Source: an uncultured Actinomycetes bacterium (lineage in GTDB: Bacteria > Actinomycetota > UBA4738 > CALAEC01). From it: DNA of 64,000 nt. The DNA is taken from contig CAZKFH010000003.1 in the NCBI GenBank assembly GCA_964551945.1, forward strand, positions 9,130 through 73,129, read 5' to 3'. The notes under the pieces were generated by a model. The model was not told the DNA's origin and made no database searches. It saw only the letters and a program-made list of their open reading frames with translations. Positions 33,056-42,022 of this stretch are shown piece by piece (position 1 is the first letter of the stretch; the number at the start of each line of letters is the position of its first letter). A program made the translations under genes and the position numbers.

Positions 33056-34707
33056 GCAAGACCGAGAAGTGGCGACAGGACTACCGGCAGGCGGGCGAGC
33101 GGGACGCAGACTTCGAGACGATCTCCGGCGAGCCGGTCGAGCCCCTCTACACGGCCGACGACGTCAAGGACCTCGACTACGAGCGCGACCTCGGGTATCC
33201 CGGGGAGTACCCGTTCACGCGCGGTGTGTACCACTCGATGTATCGCGGTCGCCTGTGGACGATGCGTCAGTTTGCGGGGTTCGGGACAGCGGAGCAGACG
33301 AACGAGCGGTACAAGTACCTGCTGGCGAGCGGCGGCGGTGGGCTCTCGGTCGCGTTCGACATGCCCTCGTTGATGGGGCGCGACTCCGACGATCCTCGCT
33401 CCGAGGGCGAGGTCGGCCGCTGCGGCGTGGCCACCGACTCCCTCGCCGACTTCGAGACGCTGTTCAAGGACATCCCGCTCGACGAGATCACCACGTCGAT
33501 GACGATGAGCGGGCCGGCCGTCGTGATCTTCGCGTTCTTCCTCGCTGCCGCGGAGAAGCAGGGTGTCGACTGGAAGCTCCTCGACGGCACGCTGCAGACG
33601 GACATCCTGAAGGAGTACATCGCACAGAAGGAGTACATCTTCCCGCCGCGCCCGCACCTGCGGCTGATGGGCGACCTGTTCGAGTTCTGCGCCACCGAGG
33701 TGCCGAAGTGGCACCCCGTCAGCGTGTCCGGTTACCACATCCGCGAGGCGGGCTCAACGGCGGCACAGGAGCTGGCGTTCACGCTCGCCGACGGGTTCGC
33801 GTACGTGGAGCTCGGTGCGCAGCATGGGCTCGACCCCGACCGCCTCGCGCCCGGGCTGTCCTTCTTCTTCAACGCGCACATCGACTTCTTCGAGGAGATC
33901 GCGAAGTACCGTGCGGCGCGGCGCATCTGGGCGCGGTGGATGAAGGAGCGCTACGGCGCGAAGGATCCAGCGTCCTGGCGACTGCGATTCCACACGCAGA
34001 CCGCCGGCTGCTCGCTCACGGCACAGCAGCCCGAGAACAACATCGTTCGCACCGCGATCGAGGCGCTCGCCGGTGTGCTCGGCGGCACGCAGTCGCTTCA
34101 CACGAACGCGCTCGACGAGGTGCTCGCGCTCCCGACCGAGAAGGCCGCGCAGATCGCGCTCCGCACACAACAGGTGATCGCGCACGAGACCGGTGTCGCG
34201 AACGTGATCGATCCGCTCGGCGGGTCCTACTTCGTGGAGTCGCTCACGAACCGGATGGAGGAGCTCGCCGAGGAGTATTTCCGCACGATCGACCGGATGG
34301 GCAAGGGCTCGATCCTGGAGGGCATGCTCACCGGCATCGAGAGCGGCTACTTCCAGTCGGAGATCGCCGACGCGGCGTACCGTGAGCAGGAGCGGTACGA
34401 GAAGAATCGGTTGATCAAGGTCGGCGTCAACGAGTTCATCGAGGAGAACGAAACGCCCCTCGACGTGCTGAAGATCGGTCCCGAGATCGAGAAGGGCCAA
34501 GTCGCGTCGATTCGCAAGCTCCGGAGCGAGCGTGACGAGTCCAAGGTTCAGAGCGCACTGGCAGAGCTGCAGGCTACCGCTCGTGACGAGTCGCGCAACA
34601 TCATGCCGCCGCTGATCAGTTGCGCGCGCGCCTACTGCACCGAGGGCGAGATCGTGAACGCCTTGCGCGAGGTCTTCGGCGAGTACACCGAGACGCCGCG
34701 CTTCTAA
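33052..34707 (+). CDS. Methylmalonyl-CoA mutase family, large catalytic (substrate-binding TIM-barrel) subunit without a B12-binding domain
   Basis: 551 aa with [61 protein letters not shown] and FHTQTAG. It ends after the barrel and linker. No DxHxxG B12 domain is present. Confidence 0.93.
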   Translation: MSKTEKWRQDYRQAGERDADFETISGEPVEPLYTADDVKDLDYERDLGYPGEYPFTRGVYHSMYRGRLWTMRQFAGFGTAEQTNERYKYLLASGGGGLSVAFDMPSLMGRDSDDPRSEGEVGRCGVATDSLADFETLFKDIPLDEITTSMTMSGPAVVIFAFFLAAAEKQGVDWKLLDGTLQTDILKEYIAQKEYIFPPRPHLRLMGDLFEFCATEVPKWHPVSVSGYHIREAGSTAAQELAFTLADGFAYVELGAQHGLDPDRLAPGLSFFFNAHIDFFEEIAKYRAARRIWARWMKERYGAKDPASWRLRFHTQTAGCSLTAQQPENNIVRTAIEALAGVLGGTQSLHTNALDEVLALPTEKAAQIALRTQQVIAHETGVANVIDPLGGSYFVESLTNRMEELAEEYFRTIDRMGKGSILEGMLTGIESGYFQSEIADAAYREQERYEKNRLIKVGVNEFIEENETPLDVLKIGPEIEKGQVASIRKLRSERDESKVQSALAELQATARDESRNIMPPLISCARAYCTEGEIVNALREVFGEYTETPRF

Positions 34708-35660
34708 GACGTTCGAGCCGGCCGCCGCGCGACCAGCTGAAGAACCGCGCCTGCGGCCGCCACCACCACGCCGATCCCCAGGGACGAGGGCACCTCGAGG
34801 ATGCCGCCCTCCGCGGCCACCGACTGCAGGGTCCGCAGGGCGAACCCGAGAGGGATCATGACGGTCACGAGCCCGACGAATCTACGAAGGAATGTGAAGC
34901 CCGGGGAGGCCATCACCAGGAGTGATACGAGCGCGCCGAGCGTGCCGACGAGTAGCAGGATCAGGCCTAGGGTTGGTCCGGATGAAGCAGCCTCGGGGTC
35001 GAGGAGCCACGCGGCGCGGATGTCCCGAGGTAAGGACCCGCGGAACGGCCCCTCCCAGTCGAGGATCGCGGACATAACGACCGCGATCGCTCCGATCAAT
35101 GCGAGCGTTCCTCCCCAGGGGAACCCGGCTCGTCGGGGGATCGAGCCTTCCCAGCCGTCCGACTCCGGTTCCTCCGCTCCCATGGGGAGAACCTCTCCCA
35201 GGGGGGCGGTCGGCGAGATGCGTTCGATCGTGCCAGTGGTTGCCTCCGAGGGCTGAGGGGGCGGTTCGGCGGGACGCGATACAGGCCGGGGAGGCGCCGG
35301 ACGGGGGGGTCGCTGAACAGGGATCGACTCGGTTGGCGCGTCGTGGATCACCAAAGGGGGCGGCGGTGCGGGGGCAAAGAGGTCCTCGACGAGAGCTCCG
35401 GCGGAATGGATCTCGTGGCCGTTGCCCGCCGCCGGCATCCCCGCGAACACTTCCTCTTTCGGCTCGGGGGCGCGGGCCCCGCAGCTTCGGCAGAATCGCG
35501 CGTCGGCCTCCAGCGAGCCGCCACACCCGGAGCAGTATCGGCTCAACCCCACGTCAACGGGCGCCACGCCGGCCAACGCCTTGCCGCAACGTCCACAGAA
35601 GCGATCGGACACGTCGGTGGGGGCGCCACACGCGGTGCAATGGGCCATCGGATCGAGCAT
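34704..35660 (-). CDS. Double zinc-ribbon, Pro-rich linker, 4-TM membrane protein
   Basis: N-terminus CTACG...CGRCG and CSGCG...CRSCG (two CxxC pairs each), then a Pro-rich spacer and a hydrophobic C-terminal third. Start is ATG at 35660 or 35648. The rest of the 456-aa track ORF is rejected. Confidence 0.65.
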   Translation of the reverse strand: MLDPMAHCTACGAPTDVSDRFCGRCGKALAGVAPVDVGLSRYCSGCGGSLEADARFCRSCGARAPEPKEEVFAGMPAAGNGHEIHSAGALVEDLFAPAPPPPLVIHDAPTESIPVQRPPRPAPPRPVSRPAEPPPQPSEATTGTIERISPTAPLGEVLPMGAEEPESDGWEGSIPRRAGFPWGGTLALIGAIAVVMSAILDWEGPFRGSLPRDIRAAWLLDPEAASSGPTLGLILLLVGTLGALVSLLVMASPGFTFLRRFVGLVTVMIPLGFALRTLQSVAAEGGILEVPSSLGIGVVVAAAGAVLQLVARRPARTS

Positions 35661-35710
35661 AGACCGTGCTCTGACGTATCCCGTGGATTTCGCTGTTCGC
35701 CTGACGTCAG

Positions 35711-35756
35711 ATGCAAGAGGATTCTGTTGCAAGGGTTTGCAAGAGGGTGCTTGAAT
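35711..35756 (+). promoter_or_regulatory. TTGCAA repeat cluster (Nur/Fur-box-like) overlapping a putative leaderless promoter
   Basis: ATGCAA (35711..35716), TTGCAA (35727..35732), 4 nt, TTGCAA (35737..35742). Then TTGAAT (35751..35756), 6 nt, and the GTG at 35763. TTGCAA at 35727 lies 18 nt upstream of TTGAAT. Confidence 0.45.
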
Positions 35757-35762
35757 CCATCC

Positions 35763-36602
35763 GTGCTCGAGGAGGGTGGCTTCAGCTTCGGGTTGCTCGT
35801 GAGCGGGTTCTGGTTCGGTGTGCGACACGGCATCGACTGGGACCACATCGCGGCGATCGCCGACATCACGGGGTCCCAGGATGAGCGCAAGAGCGCTCTG
35901 TGGCTCGGGACGATCTACGTGATCGGCCACGCTGCCGTCGTGTTCGTCTTGGGCCTGATCGCGATCGCGTTCGGCGACCTCCTCCCCGCCGGCATCGACG
36001 AAGTGATGGGTCGGGTCGTCGGCGTGACGCTGATCATCCTCGGTGTCTACGTCTTCGTCTCGCTGGTCCGCCACGGCCGGGACTTCCGGTTGCGCAGCCG
36101 CTGGATGCTGCTGTTCTCCGGCATCCGGCGCGGCTCTCGCTGGGTCCGCTCACGGCTCCGTGACACCGAGCGGGAAGGCGAGGAGGGCCGGGGGGATCCC
36201 TCGCTGATGCACCACGGCCATCACGGACGCCCGGGACACCACCACCATGGAGCCCCCGAGCCCGACGACACGTTCGCCAACTACGGGACCGGCACCGCCC
36301 TCGGCGTCGGGATGATCCACGGCGTCGGTGCCGAGACGCCGACCCAGGTCCTGATCTTCATCGCCGCCGCGGGAGCGGGCGGAACGGCGGTCGGCGTGGC
36401 CGTCCTTCTCGCGTTCATCGTGGGATTGGTGCTCTCGAACTCGATCATCACGATCGGTTCCGCCGTGGGATTCCTCAGCGCGTCGAGGAACTTCGCCGTC
36501 TACGCCGCTGTGGGTGTGCTGACCGCGGTGTTCAGCCTGATCCTGGGCGTGCTCTTCGTGCTGGGTCAGGAGTCCGTGCTGCCGTCGTTCTTCACCGGGT
36601 AG
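35763..36602 (+). CDS. NiCoT/NicO-family nickel/cobalt transporter with His-rich loop
   Basis: TM2 signature HX4DH (RHGIDWDHIAAI), central loop MHHGHHGRPGHHHHG, and a second-half motif GMIHGVGAETP. The GTG at 35763 is provisional (TTG at 35751 is also in frame). Confidence 0.75.
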   Translation: MLEEGGFSFGLLVSGFWFGVRHGIDWDHIAAIADITGSQDERKSALWLGTIYVIGHAAVVFVLGLIAIAFGDLLPAGIDEVMGRVVGVTLIILGVYVFVSLVRHGRDFRLRSRWMLLFSGIRRGSRWVRSRLRDTEREGEEGRGDPSLMHHGHHGRPGHHHHGAPEPDDTFANYGTGTALGVGMIHGVGAETPTQVLIFIAAAGAGGTAVGVAVLLAFIVGLVLSNSIITIGSAVGFLSASRNFAVYAAVGVLTAVFSLILGVLFVLGQESVLPSFFTG

Positions 36603-37028
36603 TTACGCGCTGCGCTGGCAGTCCGCGCAGAGTCCGGAGATCGCGAAGTGCCCGAGGTCGGGCCGGAAGCCCCGGTGCCGCTGGATCACCTTTTCGAGCG
36701 ACTCCGCCTCCTTCAGCGAGAGGTCGTCCTTCTCGCCACAGCTCGAGCACGTCAGGTGCACGTGTCGCGACTCGTCCGCCCGGTGGTACTCGGCGCCTCG
36801 CTCCAGGTGCGCGTGCCGCACGATGCCCGCCTGCTCGAGCATGTCGAGGGTCCGGTACACCGTGGACGCATTCACCGCGGGCATCCGTCGCTGAACCCGG
36901 CGAGCGACGTCTTGTGGCGTGATGTGTCCCTCGGTTCGAAGCACCTCGTGCAGGATGGCCTCTCGCTGGGGCGTGATGCGATACCCGCGCTCGCGCAAGA
37001 TGCTGGTCGTGGTGGCGAGGTCGGCCAT
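36603..37028 (-). CDS. Fur-family metalloregulator (Nur/Zur-like)
   Basis: 141 aa with a winged helix (RITPQREAILHEVL...STVYRTLDMLEQAGIV), metal-site His/Glu residues (HAHLERGAEYH, HVHLTC), and structural CxxC pairs (CSSCG, CADC). Confidence 0.88.
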   Translation of the reverse strand: MADLATTTSILRERGYRITPQREAILHEVLRTEGHITPQDVARRVQRRMPAVNASTVYRTLDMLEQAGIVRHAHLERGAEYHRADESRHVHLTCSSCGEKDDLSLKEAESLEKVIQRHRGFRPDLGHFAISGLCADCQRSA

Positions 37029-37067
37029 GTCTCGAGCCTACTGCACCAGCGTTGCAGCTGCGAAGCG

Positions 37068-37952
37068 CTACGTCGTGCGAAGGAACTCGATCAGCCGCTC
37101 GGTGATAGCTTCGGGCTCGTCTTCCTGGACGTAGTGCCGAGCTTCGGGTAGCTCGAGCACCTCGGCGTGGGGATAGACCGATCGCCAGAACTCGAGCAGC
37201 ATCGGTGGAAACACCCGGTCCCGCATCCCCCACACGACGAGCGTGGGCCGGACGAGCCCTGGGATCTCCGCGGCGATCTCGGCGATGTACGGGGCTGTGG
37301 GGTGATCGTGTCCAACCGGCACGTCACGAGCGAAGGCGAGGATCGGCACCCGCGAGTAATAGTCGGGGAACGGTGCTCGGTAGGCCTCGGCGAGCAGCGG
37401 CGTGGCGTTCTCCGGCCGCATCCCACCGAACATCGCCTCCACGAACAGGTTCGCGCCGAGCGCGAGCATCTCTCCGAGGCCCCGCTGCTTGAACGGTTCG
37501 TGGAACGGCAGCGAGGTTCCCGACGGGAAGACCCCCACGCCTGAGTTCATGATCACGAGCCTGGCGATCCGATCCGGCTCCCGCACAGCGGCGCCGAACC
37601 CGATCGCCCCGCCCCAGTCCTGCATCACGAGCGTCAGGTCCCGCAGGTCGAGCTCATGGACGAACGCCAGCAGGTTCTCGACATGCGAGCGCAGCGTGTA
37701 TCGCTCGTGGCCGGACGGGCGATCCGATCGGCCGAACCCCATGTGATCGACGGCGATCGCGCGAAACCCCGCGGCGGCGATAGGCGGGATGAATCGCCTG
37801 TAGATGTACGACCAGGTCGGGCTTCCGTGGAGCATCAGGACGGGCGGCCCCGATCCCTCCTCGACGAAATGGAGGCGCACTTCCTCAGCCACCTGCTGGT
37901 ACTTGGGCTCGAAGGGGAACGTGCCCTCGAAGTCGCCATGGAGGTCGAGCAC
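37068..37952 (-). CDS. Alpha/beta hydrolase, haloalkane-dehalogenase-like
   Basis: HGSPTWSYIYRRFIP plus nucleophile elbow VMQDWGGAIGF. 294 aa with a GTG start. The Fur gene follows 40 nt downstream on the same strand. Confidence 0.85.
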   Translation of the reverse strand: MLDLHGDFEGTFPFEPKYQQVAEEVRLHFVEEGSGPPVLMLHGSPTWSYIYRRFIPPIAAAGFRAIAVDHMGFGRSDRPSGHERYTLRSHVENLLAFVHELDLRDLTLVMQDWGGAIGFGAAVREPDRIARLVIMNSGVGVFPSGTSLPFHEPFKQRGLGEMLALGANLFVEAMFGGMRPENATPLLAEAYRAPFPDYYSRVPILAFARDVPVGHDHPTAPYIAEIAAEIPGLVRPTLVVWGMRDRVFPPMLLEFWRSVYPHAEVLELPEARHYVQEDEPEAITERLIEFLRTT

Positions 37953-37991
37953 CGGCCCACCCTATCGGCGCCTCAACTATCATGCGGTGCC

Positions 37992-38414
37992 ATGGGCAAG
38001 AAGGAAGCGGTCGATATGCTCGGCTCGGTCCCCTTGTTCGAGGGACTCTCGAAGAAGGAGCTCGACCTGATCTATCGGGAGGCCAAGCAGACCCAGTTCG
38101 AGCCCGGCCACGACATCGTCGAGCAGGGCGCGACCGGCGTCGGGTTCCATCTGATCCTCGAGGGCAAGGCGGACGTCCTCGTCGGCGGCCGAAGGCGAGC
38201 AACGCTCGGGCCCGGTGACTACTTCGGCGAGATGTCGCTCCTCGACGGCGGCCCCCGCTCGGCCACCGTGAAGACCGCGTCGGCAGTCCGCACCCTCGCG
38301 CTGACGTCGTGGGCGTTCGTCCCGCTCCTCGACAAGATGCCCTCGATCGCGCGCAAGATGCTTGTTGAGCTCTCCCGGAGGCTGCGCGGCCTCGAGAAGT
38401 CCCTGCAGCACTGA
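37992..38414 (+). CDS. Stand-alone cyclic-nucleotide-binding domain protein
   Basis: 140 aa with the CNB pattern (LFEGLSKKELDLIY ... GDYFGEMSLLDGGPRSATVKT). No attached effector domain. Confidence 0.8.
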   Translation: MGKKEAVDMLGSVPLFEGLSKKELDLIYREAKQTQFEPGHDIVEQGATGVGFHLILEGKADVLVGGRRRATLGPGDYFGEMSLLDGGPRSATVKTASAVRTLALTSWAFVPLLDKMPSIARKMLVELSRRLRGLEKSLQH

Positions 38415-38486
38415 CGCGCTCGACCGCTACGCGGCCCACCCCTCCCTCGCACTACGATGTGCCTTCCCAATCACAAGGAGGCTGGC

Positions 38487-39260
38487 GTGGGCGAGCTCGT
38501 GCGTCTCGAGGTCGAGGACGGTGTGGGAACGATCCTGCTGACCCGCCCGCCGATGAACGCGATCAACGAGGACCTGACCCGCGATCTCAACGAGGTCGCC
38601 CTGGAGGCCGGACGGCGCGAGGATGTCGGCGCCGTCGTGATCTACGGCGGGGAGAAGGTGTTCGCGGCCGGGGCCGACGTGAAGATGATGGCCGACATGG
38701 ACGCGCAGCAGGTGCGGCCGATGATCCAGGGCTTGCAGGAGGTCTTCAATGCGGTCGAGGACATCCCGAAGGTGACGATCGCCGCGGTCACCGGCTACGC
38801 GCTCGGCGGCGGTTGCGAGCTCGCGATGTGCGCGGACCTGCGCTACGCGGCGCGCGACGCGAAGCTCGGACAGCCGGAGATCCTGCTGGGAATCATCCCC
38901 GGCGCCGGGGGCACGCAGCGCCTCCCGCGCCTCGTCGGTCCGGCGCGGGCGAAGGAGATCATCTTCTCCGGCCGCCAGCTCAAGGTTGAGGAGGCCCTGG
39001 CGCTCGGCCTGGTCGACAAGCTGTGTGACGACCCGTACGCCGAGGCCGTCGAGGCTGCCCGGCGCTACTCGCAGGGACCGCTCGTCGCGCTGCGCGCGGC
39101 GAAGGCGTCGATCAACTGGGGGAGCAGGACCGACCTTCGAACCGGGCTGACGATCGAGCGCGAGGCGTTCTCGGACCTGTTCTCGACCGAGGACCAGAAG
39201 GAAGGGATGCGCTCCTTCGTCGAGGAAGGGCCGGGGAAGGCCAAGTTCAAGGGTCGGTAG
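38487..39260 (+). CDS. Enoyl-CoA hydratase/isomerase (crotonase) family
   Basis: GTG lies 5 nt after AAGGAGG. Motifs [68 protein letters not shown]. Confidence 0.88.
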   Translation: MGELVRLEVEDGVGTILLTRPPMNAINEDLTRDLNEVALEAGRREDVGAVVIYGGEKVFAAGADVKMMADMDAQQVRPMIQGLQEVFNAVEDIPKVTIAAVTGYALGGGCELAMCADLRYAARDAKLGQPEILLGIIPGAGGTQRLPRLVGPARAKEIIFSGRQLKVEEALALGLVDKLCDDPYAEAVEAARRYSQGPLVALRAAKASINWGSRTDLRTGLTIEREAFSDLFSTEDQKEGMRSFVEEGPGKAKFKGR

Positions 39261-40168
39261 TGGCCCGCGCGGCGCTCGACCCCAAGACCGCGAACGTCCT
39301 GTATCACGACGCGGCGGCGGAGTCGTACGACGCGAAGTGGGCCATCTCGTTCGATCCGCCGGCACAGGCGTACGTGCGGGAGCGTGCCGAGCGGATGCTC
39401 CCCGCGAAGCGGTATCGCCGCGTGCTCGAGCCGGGGGCCGGCACGGGGTTCTTCCTCCTGAACATGTGGCAGACGGGGTTCGTCGAGGATGCGCACGCGA
39501 CCGACATCTCCGAGGGCATGCTCGAGGTGTGTCGCGCGAACGCGGAGCGGCTCGGGTGCACCGTCGAGACACGCGCCGGCGACGCGGAGCATCTTCCGTA
39601 CGAGGATCAGACGTTCGATCTGGTCGCGGGACACGCGTTCCTCCACCACCTTCCCGATCCGCCCGCGGCGCTGGCAGAGATGTATCGCGTCCTCCGTCCC
39701 GGCGGCGTGCTGTTCATCGCCGGGGAGCCGACGTTGTGGGGTGACCGGCTGGCGGGCGTCGCGAAGTGGGCCGCTCGCACGTCGTTCCGTCTGGTCGATC
39801 GACTACCGGGCGTGCGGATCCGTCGCGAGGAACCGGCACCGTCCACCGAAGAGGATCGGGTCCTTCAGGATCTGCAGTTCGACGTCGACCTCCACACGTT
39901 CGAGCCGAAGCGGGTCGAGGAGTGGCTGCGCGACGCCGGCTTCGATGGCGTCCGCATCGAGACCGAGGAGCTCGTCGCGAGCCTGTTCGGTTGGACGGTT
40001 CGCACGATCGAGGCCGAGGCCGTCCCGGGACTCCTCGGACCGCGATGGGCCCGGTTCGCGTACCGGGGGTGGCGCGCGCTGTACCGGATCGACGACGCCC
40101 TCCGCGGCGTGATCCCCGCCGGCCTCTTCTACAACCTGTTGCTCGTCGCCGAGAAACCGCGGAGGTAG
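39260..40168 (+). CDS. Class I SAM-dependent methyltransferase
   Basis: Motif I VLEPGAGTGFF plus LRPGGVLFIAGEP. GTG overlaps the upstream TAG by 1 nt. Confidence 0.8.
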   Translation: MARAALDPKTANVLYHDAAAESYDAKWAISFDPPAQAYVRERAERMLPAKRYRRVLEPGAGTGFFLLNMWQTGFVEDAHATDISEGMLEVCRANAERLGCTVETRAGDAEHLPYEDQTFDLVAGHAFLHHLPDPPAALAEMYRVLRPGGVLFIAGEPTLWGDRLAGVAKWAARTSFRLVDRLPGVRIRREEPAPSTEEDRVLQDLQFDVDLHTFEPKRVEEWLRDAGFDGVRIETEELVASLFGWTVRTIEAEAVPGLLGPRWARFAYRGWRALYRIDDALRGVIPAGLFYNLLLVAEKPRR

Positions 40169-40214
40169 CCCACTGCAGCCGGCGTCCAGGCGCCTTGCGC
40201 CCCGCTTCTGGGTC

Positions 40215-40733
40215 ATGCGCCTGCGCTATGTCTGGTTCCGCCTTCGCAACCCGCACGTCGTCACCCGCGGCATCGTGTGGATGGCGCGCGGGGTCGAGCT
40301 CAGGTGTCGCCGGGGGCTGGGTCACATGGAGATCGGGCGCGAGGTGTGGATCGGCCGGGACACCGCCATCCGGTGCCATGAGGGATTCCTCGCGATTGGT
40401 GACGGCGTCGTGTTCGGTGGGCGAGACACCGTGAACTGCTACCTGAACGTGGAGATCGGCGCCGACTGCATCTTCGCCGACGAGGTGTACGTCGGCGATT
40501 TCGACCACCGGACCGATGATCTCGACACGCCGATCCAGCGCCAGGGGATCGTCAAGTCGCCGGTTCGTCTTGGCTCCGACTGCTGGCTCGGAACCAAGGC
40601 GGTCATTCTCCGAGGGACCACCGTGGGGAATGGCTCCGTCATCGGGGCCTCCGCGGTTGTCCGCGGCCGATTCGAGGCACGCTCCGTCATCGTGGGGAAC
40701 CCCGCCCGGGTCGCGAGGACCAGGACGAAATAG
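40215..40733 (+). CDS. Left-handed beta-helix (hexapeptide-repeat) acetyltransferase
   Basis: Hexapeptide repeats (IGADCIFADEVYVGD, LGSDCWLGTKAVILRGTTVGNGSVIGASAVV) and a GNPARV tail typical of sugar O-acetyltransferases. Confidence 0.8.
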   Translation: MRLRYVWFRLRNPHVVTRGIVWMARGVELRCRRGLGHMEIGREVWIGRDTAIRCHEGFLAIGDGVVFGGRDTVNCYLNVEIGADCIFADEVYVGDFDHRTDDLDTPIQRQGIVKSPVRLGSDCWLGTKAVILRGTTVGNGSVIGASAVVRGRFEARSVIVGNPARVARTRTK

Positions 40734-40855
40734 GCATCCCACCCGAACCTCCGGGCCCTCTCGAACGTTATTGATAGGTAGGGGGGGAATGCCCGAGGCC
40801 CGGGACGCGTTTCGGAAGATCGAAGCGCCGTCCGGGGGACGGGGAAAGGGGTGCC

Positions 40856-41050
40856 ATGAGCGACTACGTCAAGGGCTCGCGTCCACGGGAGCTGCCACGG
40901 CCGAACCGTACGTTCGAGGACGGCCGTGTGTGCGCCGACGAGGGCTGCAACACGAGGCTGTCGGTCTACAACCGGTCGGCCATGTGCTGGCAGCACACGC
41001 CGGTGAAGTTCCCGTTCGTGCGAGGCCAACGCAAGCGCAAGGCCGCCTGA
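40856..41050 (+). CDS. Small basic protein with a CX4C-X12-CX2H putative zinc knuckle
   Basis: 64 aa with GGGAAAGGGG RBS. Core reads CADEGCNTRLSVYNRSAMCWQH, with a basic tail RGQRKRKAA. No family recognised. Confidence 0.5.
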   Translation: MSDYVKGSRPRELPRPNRTFEDGRVCADEGCNTRLSVYNRSAMCWQHTPVKFPFVRGQRKRKAA

Positions 41051-41059
41051 CGCCCGCGA

Positions 41060-41296
41060 TCACTGACCGCGGCGGCGCTTGAGGCCGTCCGGCGCGATCC
41101 GTTTCGCGATCTCGCGAGCCTCGTCCAGCCGCTCGCCGTCGACGAAGAGCCTGGCGCCCCATTCCATGAAGAAGAAACGCGTGAGGGTGCCGGGGTTCTT
41201 GGCCCACCACTCGATGCCGGCGCCCTCCAGCTCCTCAGCGATCTGGTTCGCGTGCTCGTGGGTGAACTGGCCCAGATAGACGGTCGAGGCGGTCAC
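41060..41296 (-). CDS. Small conserved-looking hypothetical protein (78 aa)
   Basis: GTG start 10 nt after the methyltransferase stop. The composition is balanced, unlike the GC-artifact ORFs. Confidence 0.5.
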   Translation of the reverse strand: MTASTVYLGQFTHEHANQIAEELEGAGIEWWAKNPGTLTRFFFMEWGARLFVDGERLDEAREIAKRIAPDGLKRRRGQ

Positions 41297-41305
41297 GTGC
41301 CGATG

Positions 41306-42022
41306 CTATCGGGCGGCGCCCCGGCACACCGCGAACAGGTCGAGAGCCCTGTGAGCGCCGGGTGTCAGGGCGAAGCTTCGTGCCGTCACGGTTCGGAGGA
41401 TCGCGCGCACTTGACCGGAGAGCTCCGGATATGGGGTCCGCACGAGGCGGTGTTGCACCGGTTCCCCGAGCCGTCGGTCGAGCCACCGCAACCGTGGCCC
41501 GTGTGTCACTCCCAGGAGCCGAAACTCGGGGAAGTGGGGCCTCAGTAGCTCGGAGAGCTCGTCCGGATCGAACTCCTGGACGTGAAACGGGTTGATCCCC
41601 GCCGGGAACGTGAGGCGATTCGGGGTCGAGAGAACGAGTACGCCCCCGGGTCGCAGGACCTGTGAGCATTCCGCAAGGAAGCCGTCCGCGTCGGGCAGAT
41701 GCTCGAGCACCTGGAGAGAGACGATGCCGTCGACTTCAGCAACAGGCATTCGCTGGAGATCCGCCCGCAGGAAACCGGTACGTGGGTAGCGAGAGCGGGC
41801 ATGAGCCAGTGTGAGTTGGTCCAGGTCGAGCCCGATCACGCGCCGCGCGCGTCGCGCGAGGATCGCGCTCCCGTATCCCTCCCCGCACCCGGCATCGACG
41901 ACACGTCCCTCGACCAGCGAAGCCGCAGCGCGGTATGCGGCGACATGCCGGCGGAACCAGTAGTTCTCCGACGCGATGCCCGGAGCGGTTCGCTCGCCGG
42001 TGAGCAGGGGACCCTCGCTCAG
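41306..42022 (-). CDS. Class I SAM-dependent methyltransferase
   Basis: Motif I VVDAGCGEGYGSAIL, then VIGLDLD and LRPGGVLVLSTPN. The only canonical in-frame start (ATG at 42151) would overlap the upstream gene by 133 nt and add an Arg-rich stretch. The provisional start is a CTG overlapping the upstream TGA (cCTGAg). Confidence 0.7.
   Translation of the reverse strand: MSEGPLLTGERTAPGIASENYWFRRHVAAYRAAASLVEGRVVDAGCGEGYGSAILARRARRVIGLDLDQLTLAHARSRYPRTGFLRADLQRMPVAEVDGIVSLQVLEHLPDADGFLAECSQVLRPGGVLVLSTPNRLTFPAGINPFHVQEFDPDELSELLRPHFPEFRLLGVTHGPRLRWLDRRLGEPVQHRLVRTPYPELSGQVRAILRTVTARSFALTPGAHRALDLFAVCRGAAR

Noticed and set aside
35661-35762. Cobalamin riboswitch upstream of the Ni/Co transporter or near the mutase genes
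   Set aside because: I found no B12-box-like conserved core or extended structured leader. The region is only about 100 nt and is better explained by hexamer operator repeats and a leaderless promoter.
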